Shown here: one piece after another, positions 8,273-16,385 of the stretch | Numbering within the stretch: position 1 is the stretch's first letter | Layout of the letters: each line of letters opens with the position of its first letter | Assembly: GCF_006345805.1 (NCBI RefSeq) | Contig: NW_021825268.1 | Coordinates: 1 to 16,385, forward strand | From: Octopus sinensis | Taxonomy: Eukaryota | Length of the DNA: 16,385 nt | Direction: 5' to 3' | Program-made: the position numbers and the translations under genes | Notes under the pieces: model-generated | Databases searched by the model: none | Told to the model about the DNA's origin: nothing | Seen by the model: the letters and a program-made list of their open reading frames with translations, nothing else

Positions 8273-8386
8273 CTTTTGTCTGGATAAGTTTTCAGCAAAG
8301 AAGTGGTCCTTTCTCGGTAACGGGTGACAGAGTCAAACAGCTCATTGACAGTTTGAACAGTCGTGGAAAGGAAGTCCCAAATTTTT
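8273..8386 (-). CDS. Coding exon B (114 nt, phase 2 to 2) of the IP3R-like gene
   Basis: Acceptor tctttttctgacag|A and donor AAAAG|gttagg. Translates (K)KIWDFLSTTVQTVNELFDSVTRYRERTTSLLKTYPDK(S). Phases match exons A and C. IWDFL falls where ITPR1 has MWKLF. Confidence 0.82.
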
Positions 8387-8640
8387 CTGTCAGAAAAAGA
8401 TAAATAATTAAGTTAATTAATGGATAAATAAATGGAGAAAAAAAAAACAAAAGAAAAAGAAAATAAGAAAATAAAAATGAAAAAAACAATAATTGCTGCG
8501 TCAGATTTGTACGGTTTTTTGTTAAAAAATAACTGCAAAAAAGTGTTTCAACTAAATTCTAAAATGTCTACAGGTACCGTCAGTCTTTGAATATATTTTG
8601 TAATATTAAGAGACAATTACTGCTCATTCATTATTCATTA

Positions 8641-8815
<175 letters not shown>

Positions 8816-9040
8816 TTTCTTTCTTTGCTGCATTGAGTTCTTGAGCAAAGCTCTCCATCTCACTTTGCTCTTCGACCACTTCGACACCTGCCGCGTGGCA
8901 TACCATGCCCTTGTTGAGACAGCGTCGATTTGATGGAGGGGGGAGGGAGCTAACGTGCGGCACTAACATTTGATCACTATAAACGAATCATTTCTGCATT
9001 TCGCTTGGCAGAGAGTTGAATGTGGGAGGCCATTATTATT

Positions 9041-9105
9041 GAAGCGCAATCTGGCAGAATCATTAGCACGCCGGACAAAATGCAAAGCGACATTTCATCC
9101 GACTT
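9041..9105 (+). mobile_element. Diverged 5' (tRNA-head) fragment of the 6321 SINE family
   Basis: ctggcagaatcattagcacgccggacaaaatgc versus ctggcagaaacgttagcacgccgggcgaaatgc at 6329. Confidence 0.75.
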
Positions 9106-9114
9106 GACTCCCTA

Positions 9115-9430
9115 TCTTTTCCTTTCTTTCTTTCTCTTTCATTGTTCTCTCTCTCTATCTTTCTCTCACTCTCACTCTCTCATTCTCTCTCTCTCCCACT
9201 GTCATTCTTTCTCTCTCCCTCTCTCTCTCCGTCCCTATCTTTCTCTCTGTTTTTCATTCGTTCTCTCTCTCTCTTTCTCTTGCTCTATCTCTCTCATTCT
9301 CTCTCCCCCCTCTTCCCCTCTCTCCGTCCCTATCTTTCTCACTTTCTCTCCCTTCTCTTCTCTTTGTCTGTCTGTCTATCTTTCTCTCTCTCCCTCTCTC
9401 CTCCCCCCTCCGGCTCCCTCCCCATCTCTC
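9115..9430. repeat. Imperfect CT-rich polypyrimidine tract
   Basis: Directly visible. Confidence 0.85.
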
Positions 9431-9609
9431 TGACAGGCTTCAGCAAAGCTTATTTTACCCAAATTTCATTTGCAAGATTTTCGTTGATGAGAAACTTTGG
9501 TCGGAGAAACTTGCCCAAGGTGCAACAAGGAGGGATCGAAAAAAAAAACCACATCGTTTTAAATTTAACTTTTAAACGACAGAGACAACCACCCCATTCA
9601 TTAGTATGG

Positions 9610-10232
9610 GTGATGATGTTGATGATGATGATGGTGGTGGTGATGGTGATGGTGGCGGTGATCGTGGTGATGGTGATGAAGATGATGATGTTGAAGATGA
9701 TGATGATGATGACGATGTGATGGTGGTGGTGGTGATCGTGGTGATGGTGACGATGATGATGATGATGATGATGATGATGGTGGCGGTGATCGTGGTGATG
9801 GTGATGAAGATGATGATGTTGAAGATGATGATGATGATGACGATGATGATGGTGGTGGCGGTGATAGTGGTGATGGTGACGATGATGATGATGATGATGA
9901 TGAGGAGGAGGAGGATGAGGATGGTGGTGGTGGTGGTGATGATAAAGATGAGGGTGGCGGTGATCGTGGTGATGGTGACGATGAAGATGATGATGATGAT
10001 GATGATGATGGAGATGATGATGATGAAGTTGATGGTGGTGGTAGTGGTGATGGCGATGACAATGATTATTATTATGATGATGATGATGACGATGCTGCTG
10101 CTGATGACGATGATTATGCTGACGATGATGATGATGGTGGTGGTGGCGGCGATCAAGGTGAGGGTGATGACGGGGATGATGGCGACGACGCCGACGACGA
10201 CGAAGATGATGATGATGATGACGAGGAGGAGG
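9610..10232. repeat. Compound (GAT)n/(GGT)n/(GAC)n trinucleotide array with recurring sub-units
   Basis: Directly visible. gtgatcgtggtgatggtga recurs several times. Confidence 0.95.
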
Positions 10233-10290
10233 ACAGTGAAACACTTGTCGCAATTATTGATCGCAACAGTGTTGCTTCAACATTTCGGTT

Positions 10291-10369
10291 ATCATCCTTC
10301 ACACACACACACACACAGACACACAAACACAACACACACAAACACACACAAACACACACACACACAATC

Positions 10370-10402
<33 letters not shown>

Positions 10403-10426
10403 AACACACACACACACACAAACACA

Positions 10427-10457
<31 letters not shown>

Positions 10458-10463
10458 ACACAA

Positions 10464-10495
<32 letters not shown>

Positions 10496-10541
10496 ATACA
10501 AACACACACACACACACAAACACACAAACACACAAACACAT

Positions 10542-10593
<52 letters not shown>

Positions 10594-11014
10594 GAAGCGT
10601 GTTTATTTTCCTAAGCTTCGTCCACCATAGTACAAGCTCTGTTCTGTTCACGGTAGCACTGACCCGTATCCTACGTACAACTCTCTTAATGGACTGACGT
10701 AGGTTGTATTGCACGGCGAAGGGTGGAGCGAGGCGCTTTGTTGGAGGTGGTGGGGGAGATGCGTGTGTGTGTGTGCACGTGCGTGCATATGGCATACTGT
10801 GTGTCTATGTGTATGTGTGTCTATGTGTATGTGTGTCTATGTGTATGTGTGTCTATGTGTATGTGTGTCTATGTATATATATATATATATATATATGCTC
10901 CTATTTTGACTGTTCCTTCTTGCGTGTAAGGCTGCCTGTTAAAGGTCGCCTCTTTTGTGTTCAAATGTACACTAATTTATATATATTATATATTTATATA
11001 TACGTGTAGATACG

Positions 11015-11047
<33 letters not shown>

Positions 11048-11165
11048 CTACACACGTATGTGTGTAAGATGCACGTATGTATGTATGCACATGAGTATGA
11101 ATTTCTGTATGTGTGTGCGCGCGTGTGTGCGTGTGTGTGTGTGTGTGTGCATTTGTGTTTGTATG
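10291..11165. repeat. (AC)n with CAAA interruptions (10291-10592), 16-bp tandem gtgtctatgtgtatgt x4.6 (10801-10874), and (TA)n/(GT)n tracts
   Basis: Directly visible. Confidence 0.9.
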
Positions 11166-11325
11166 TATATGCGTACAAGTCAGGCTCACAACAGAAACAC
11201 CCTGCAACACAATATTTTCCCCTCAACAGGCCTTGCTCCATTTATCATTATCCCGAAATTATCTTCAAAAAATGCTTGGATAAATTTCTTCAAAGTATTT
11301 CTTCAAATACGTCACCTATATCTGG

Positions 11326-11445
11326 ACACTTATTGCAGCGGTCCTACAGTTTTTTCTAAGCCCTGTAAAAGAACTTGGAAGGTTGGGCCTCTCGCCAGAC
11401 CTTTCGCAATATACTTAAAAGCAGGAACTTTTCAGCACCTCCTTG
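11326..11445 (-). mobile_element. Partial mariner-derived element (one TIR plus transposase C-terminal remnant)
   Basis: Similar to 11927-12046. TIR-like aaagcaggaacttttcagcacc. Confidence 0.7.
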
Positions 11446-11455
11446 TGTGTGTGTG

Positions 11456-11578
<123 letters not shown>

Positions 11579-11664
11579 AATATACCGGAGTAAACACATA
11601 AATGTGAAACAATGTGAAAAAAAGAGTACTCAAATACTAGGGGTAGAGTAATATTCAACAAAAC

Positions 11665-11702
11665 CTGTTACTCGGAGTTTCACATTCCCGTTCGTCGGAC
11701 AA
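11665..11702 (-). ncRNA. Type I hammerhead-ribozyme-like motif
   Basis: TTGT CCGACGA ACG-GGAA-TGT GAAA CT-CCG-AGT A ACAG. GUA triplet, GNRA-capped stem II. Confidence 0.65.
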
Positions 11703-11708
11703 ACAAAA

Positions 11709-11752
11709 CTGTCCGACGAACGGGAACGGGAACGTGAAACTCCGAGTAACAG
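11709..11752 (+). ncRNA. Type I hammerhead-ribozyme-like motif
   Basis: CTGT CCGACGA ACG-GGAACGGGAA-CGT GAAA CT-CCG-AGT A ACAG. Predicted cleavage after A11748. Confidence 0.65.
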
Positions 11753-11784
11753 GTTTTGTTGAATTTCTGCTGCTTTTGAATAAA

Positions 11785-11830
<46 letters not shown>

Positions 11831-11831
11831 C

Positions 11832-12046
11832 CGTGTGTGCGTTGAAAAGTTCCTGACTTTTGGTAAAAAAAATACAGGAAGAGCAGTTAATTATGATTTT
11901 ATTCAACATATTCCCCTCTCAGATTCACACACTTATTGCAGCGGTCCTTCAGTTTTTCTAAGCTCTGAAAAAGAACTCAGAAGGTTAGACCTCCAGCTAG
12001 GTTTTCTCGATACCCTTAAAGCCAGGAACTTATGAGCATCCGTTCG
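11832..12046 (-). mobile_element. Internally deleted mariner (Tc1/mariner) derivative, about 215 bp
   Basis: Degenerate TIRs share AAGTTCCTGRCTTT, with TA after the right end. The minus strand encodes LEKLKDRCNKCVNLRGEYVE-stop, a mariner transposase C-terminus. Confidence 0.85.
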
Positions 12047-12057
12047 TACGTGGTATG

Positions 12058-12165
12058 CAGCGAATTAGCAGACTCGTTTGCACGGCGGGGGAAATGCTTA
12101 GCGGTAGTTAGCCCGGTTTTATATTTTGCGTGCAAATTCCGCCGAGGTCTACTTTGTCTTTTATC
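12058..12165 (+). mobile_element. Old 5' fragment of the 6321 SINE family
   Basis: gaaatgcttagcggta and caaattccgccgaggtctactttg match the 6321 copy. Confidence 0.7.
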
Positions 12166-12185
12166 TATAACAACCCTTGAAGACT

Positions 12186-12612
12186 GCTGAAAACGAGGCA
12201 ATTTCTACTCTTCTCCTCTGGAAGCCATCTGCTCGCAATACCAGAGGACGCACACTCTCCTACCCTGATGTAATCTCCAGGGATACAGGCATCCAGCAAT
12301 AGGACCTCCGTAATGCTATGATGGACCGTGAAGTCTGGCGTTGCATAGTAAATTCTATGGTCTCGACCAGAAGAGTCCAGTTTGCTGGACATTGTTGTAG
12401 AGCTGGAAACGAGGTCATTTCTACTCTCCTCCTCTGGAAGCCATCTACTCGCAATACCAGAGGGCGCACACTCTCCTACCCTGATGTAATCTCCAGGGAT
12501 ACAGGCATCCAGCAACAGGACCTCCGTAATGCTATGATGGACCGTGAAGTCTGGCGTTGCATAGTAAATTCCATTGTCTCGACCACGGTCGAACAATGAT
12601 GATGATGATGAC
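12186..12612 (+). mobile_element. Two tandem 5'-truncated RTE-like LINE 3' ends (216-bp period) with (TGA)n tail
   Basis: RRVQFAGHCCRAGNEVISTLLLWKPSTRNTRGRTLSYPDVISRDTGIQQQDLRNAMMDREVWRCIVNSIVSTTVEQ-stop, then tgatgatga. The first copy has a CAG>TAG nonsense change. Confidence 0.85.
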
Positions 12613-13019
12613 GGCTGGAGCATACAACAGTTGAAACGTAGTGAAACCAACGTCAAAATAAGGACATGAATTCGACTATATAATACATATATAATACAAA
12701 TTTCTCATTTTACAAATATAGAATTGTATAAACTCTAGACGTTCTGACCTTCATCATTGAAAAAGTAATAAACACAGTCTGTGTTAGTTTTTTTTCAGAA
12801 ATTTAATCCTTATGCCGAAATAGTCCACAGACCATAGTGTCAGACGTCAAGATTCTTTGACGATAAAGAATTAAATCATTTTCATCTCAGCAAGTTCGTT
12901 GAAATCTCTGTTACATCCATTAACTTAGAAGATCGAGATAAGTCCGGCACTGAATGTTGTACTTGCAGACAAGAAAAAGAAATGAAATATAGAATAGTAG
13001 CAACCATTCGCTAATATCA

Positions 13020-13285
13020 CCAAATACTCCGAATTGAAAGTGGAAATGGCAAGACTGTATGGAATGCAAGAGGGTAATGTAAAAGTGATACCAGTGGTGA
13101 TCGGAACGTTGGGCTCAATCCCATTGAAAATTCAAGACTTCTTAAGATTGATGTCTTGCAAAAGGCAGCCTTATTGGGCACAGCGCACATCTTAAGGAAA
13201 GTATTATCTGTCTGAGGTCCTTGTTGTGACTGGACAGATGACTAAAGACTCGGGTGCATTTTTACATACACTGGGATACGAAGGA
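13020..13285 (+). mobile_element. Decayed R4/Dong-like (RLE non-LTR) 3' end, family 1
   Basis: KYSELKVEMARL, VKVIPVVIGTLG and LQKAALLGTAHILRKVLSV-stop (13213-13215), short 3' UTR, then (TAA)n. Confidence 0.8.
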
Positions 13286-13297
13286 ATAATAATAATA

Positions 13298-13341
<44 letters not shown>

Positions 13342-13412
13342 TAATAATAATAATAAAAATAATAATGATAATAATAATAATATAATAATAATAATAATAA
13401 TAATAATAAAAT

Positions 13413-13970
13413 AAATGCCCTGATGCAGTACCAGGCAGTGGCTCTCATGGCTTCTGATCTTAACTGATTGGAAGTGTTATCATGTACATTGTTTTGTCTT
13501 GGTATAAAAGATGGGCTACAGCAAATATTCTGCTCAATACCACAGATTTGCTTGTCAGTTGTTTGACCTTAACCAGTTGAGCATGTCCCTTAGTGGCTGA
13601 CGATATGTGCATCTCTGATCACGAGCAGAAGTAGTGGGGGAGCATCATAACCATGTGTTGAGAAGGATTCTTTGGGGTTTGAATAATTCACCTCTGGAAA
13701 CATGGGTGTTTCGTTCAACGTCCTTAAACAACCCTTATTCAGGGACCTTTTGAGCGGGATGGGTTACTCGATCTGAAGAAAATTCTAACTGGGCTCCACC
13801 TGCAAGGTCATGTGCTGTTTATCTTGATATGAGATCACCATGTCGCGCACATATGGTTGTGATGCATGTGCCTGGTGTACCCTTATCAGACGGGTAGTCA
13901 TGATGGGTATACTGGGCTTCGTATATTTTACCCCAGTGTCACTTTGATGGCATGCTCTGCTCGCTCACTC
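13413..13970 (+). mobile_element. 558-bp apparently non-coding retroposed element inserted in (TAA)n
   Basis: Flanked by TAA repeats on both sides. Its 3' 246 bp are repeated at 15646-15891. No long ORF and no tRNA head seen. Confidence 0.8.
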
Positions 13971-14019
<49 letters not shown>

Positions 14020-14024
14020 CTGAG

Positions 14025-14335
14025 AATGATAGCGAAAGGGACTGATTGCTACCTAACTCAGATACCAGGAAACCCAAAAATGGCAGAAATTCAAAAGATA
14101 GTGCTCATGGGAACTGCTCATATCCTACGCAAAATACTTTCTATGTAATCTCAGGGTTTAAAACAAACATAATTTTCGTTTTTTTTTGGACATTCACTAG
14201 TACAACACCAAAAAAACCCCCAAATATATGGCACACTAGGCATAACAACAACATGAACTTCCAACCCTGTTGTCTCTTGAGGTCTCTGGGTGAGACTTGG
14301 AGCCAACTTGTACAAATATAAAGCAAAAGCCAAAC

Positions 14336-14337
<2 letters not shown>
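14025..14337 (+). mobile_element. R4/Dong-like 3' end, family 2 (last codons plus 3' UTR)
   Basis: YLTQIPGNPKMAEIQKIVLMGTAHILRKILSM-stop (14146-14148), about 190-nt UTR, then (TAA)n. Confidence 0.8.
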
Positions 14338-14368
<31 letters not shown>

Positions 14369-14544
14369 TAATAATAATAATAATAATAATATAATAATAA
14401 TAATAATAATATAATAATATAATAATATAATAATAATAATAATATATAATAATAATAATAATATAATAATAATAATAATAATAATAATACCTACTTCAAA
14501 AATACCTACTTCAGAAGTAATAATAATAATACCTACTGCAAAAA

Positions 14545-15623
14545 TACCTACTTCAGAAGGAAGGAAAACTGATCCATAGCAGCAAAACACGAGCAAAACA
14601 AAAACTGTCCTCAGTATTTAAGGAAGCTGACAAATACAAACAAGAATCATACCACCTAATAAACACGAAGAAGAAAGAAAAGATGATGAAGAAACAACAA
14701 AAGCTATAAAACAAATGAAATCCAAACTAAAATAGAACAGCAACGAACCATGATAAAACGATGGCAAGAAAAGCCCCTTCATGGTAAATACTGCACTAAA
14801 CTAAACGCAAAAGAATAGACAAAGAAAGATCCCAGCAATGGTTGAGAAGCTCAGACTCAAAGCAGAAACAGAGGGATTTTTAATTGCAGCACAAGACCAA
14901 AGCCTCCCCACCAGAATTACCAAAAACATGTAATGAAAAGAAATATTACAAGTAACTGCAGAATATGTGGAGATGGACAAGAAACAATAAATCATATTAT
15001 CTCTAGCTGCCCAGTCCTGGCTAAGAAGGAATATATTCACAGACATGACAGAGTTGGAACCTACATACACTGGAAGCTATGCCAACATTACGGAATAACA
15101 ACAGAAAAAAGATGGTATAGGCACATACCAGAAAAGGTTGCAGAAAACGAGAAAGCAACCATACTCTGGGATATGCCGATACACACAGATAGAGAAATTA
15201 AGGCCAACAGACCAGATATAGTTGTCAGAGATCATGAAGAAAAAAAATGCTTTCTAATTGATGTATCAATACTGGCAGATGACAACGTGTCTCTAAAAGA
15301 AATGAAGAAACTCTCAAAATACAAAGACCTGGAAATAGAGGTAACTAGAATGTGGAATCTGAAAACAGAAACAATTCCTATCATAGTAGGTGCATTAGGC
15401 ATGATAAAAAAATATTCAGACAAATACATAACAAAAACACCAGGACTTACAAAGACATATATCATACAGAAAATTGCACTACTAGGCACTGCACACATCC
15501 TACGCAGAGCACTTTCCATACAATAACCATCAGAGCATCACAACAAATCACAGCACATACCCAAGGCACACAGAGCTGCGCTCGGTAGTGAAGTGAAAGC
15601 ACGCTATAAAAATAAAACTACTG
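14545..15623 (+). mobile_element. 5'-truncated R4/Dong-like RLE retrotransposon, family 3 (about 1.1 kb)
   Basis: Frameshifted upstream coding, then an intact terminal ORF, about 100-nt 3' UTR and (TAA)n on both sides. Confidence 0.9.
14933..15526 (+). pseudogene. C-terminal CCHC zinc knuckle plus PD-(D/E)xK restriction-like endonuclease of the R4/Dong-like element
   Basis: CRICG..ETINHIISSC, RHD, RPDIVV..CFLIDVSI, KYKDL, PIIVGALG and QKIALLGTAHILRRAL. Confidence 0.9.
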
Positions 15624-15645
15624 AATAATAATAATAATAATGATA

Positions 15646-15891
15646 TAAACAACCCTTATTCAGGGACCTTTTGAGCGGGATGGGCTACTCAACCTGAAGA
15701 AAATTCTAACTGGGCCCCACCTGCAAGGTCATGCGCTGTTTATCTTGATATGAGATATCCATGTCGCGCACATATGGTTGTGATGCATGTGCCTGGTGTA
15801 CCCTTATCAGACGGGTAGTCATGATGGGTATATTGGGCTTCGTATATTTTACCCCAGTGTCACTTTGATGGCATGCACTGCTCTCTCACTC
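15646..15891 (+). mobile_element. 5'-truncated copy (246 bp) of the 558-bp element
   Basis: Highly similar to 13725-13970, with the same 3' end before (TAA)n. Confidence 0.9.
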
Positions 15892-15985
15892 AATAATAAT
15901 AATAATAATAATAACAACAACAACATCATTAATAATGCGGAAAAAAGTTAAGGATGAATGAACTTCTTAGTTCAATGACACTTAC

Positions 15986-16173
15986 TTATGATGTTGGATA
16001 TCTGAAAGGCCACTCTCATTCTCATCTGGGGTTGGTTTAACATAGACACCAAGTGTGAATTTCAAGAAAGGCGTTTTCAAGTTGTTATCAATATCTGGGT
16101 GGTTCAGAATCCAAAGTAATTCCTCAAACGGTAGAATGGTTTGGCAAAGGGAGTCAATAAATTTATTTTCTCC
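15986..16173 (-). CDS. Coding exon A (188 nt, phase 0 to 2) of a divergent IP3-receptor-like (RyR/IP3R homology) channel gene
   Basis: Acceptor gtatttttag|GGA at 16174/16173 and donor CATAA|gtaagt at 15986/15985. Translates GENKFIDSLCQTILPFEELLWILNHPDIDNNLKTPFLKFTLGVYVKPTPDENESGLSDIQHH. The first 45 aa align without gaps to the ITPR1 segment as I recall it ([45 protein letters not shown]), 11/45 identical plus many conservative changes. Confidence 0.85.
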
Positions 16174-16385
16174 CTAAAAATACATTACAAAAAAACAAAA
16201 AAAAAACGAAGAAAATAAGAGAGAGACAAAATTTGCAATATATAATCTTCAATGAGAATTGACGAAACAAATGTCGTGAGCCGGACTAAATGTATTTCGT
16301 TATTTAATTTAATTTAATTCTAATGATATTTGAACCTAAAATAGAAAATGAAAAAAAAAGGAAAAAACATTATCGGTGGAGTTTT

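Larger units (their letters stand above)
11581..11785. mobile_element. Microsatellite-flanked repeat with an internal head-to-head inverted repeat (11653-11701 and 11710-11764), Penelope-like candidate
   Basis: 49/55-nt arms, one mismatch plus a 6-nt duplication, 8-nt spacer. Sits between (ATCT)n and (TA)n. Each arm holds a hammerhead-like fold. Confidence 0.7.
13286..15935. repeat. Five (TAA)n tracts separating retro-inserts (13286-13412, 13971-14017, 14338-14487, 15625-15643, 15892-15935)
   Basis: Directly visible. Confidence 0.95.

Noticed and set aside
13413-13500. HDV-like or hammerhead ribozyme at the 5' end of the 558-bp element
   Set aside because: Only isolated short helices could be drawn by eye, not the required element order.

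Overview
AT-rich, microsatellite-dense animal genomic DNA. The repeat types resemble octopus/coleoid cephalopod DNA; this is inferred from recalled repeat sequences, not verified. A minus-strand protein-coding gene crosses the whole window. Five exons (16173-15986, 8386-8273, 6015-5931, 2666-2580, 653-549; 579 nt) splice with matching phases into 193 stop-free codons, resembling the central RIH/armadillo region of a strongly diverged IP3-receptor-like channel. The ORF track misses all five as exons. The four introns hold tRNA-type SINEs, RTE-like LINE fragments, R4/Dong-like RLE retrotransposon 3' ends stacked in (TAA)n, mariner and hAT derivatives, and compound microsatellites. The most unusual signal is several microsatellite-flanking repeat families that fold into type I hammerhead-ribozyme-like structures with non-canonical cores: CCGACGA, and a compensatory G3-C8 swapped GUGAACA. 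Two of them occur as head-to-head inverted pairs. There is also an HDV-like pseudoknot candidate. No ribozyme activity can be shown from sequence alone.
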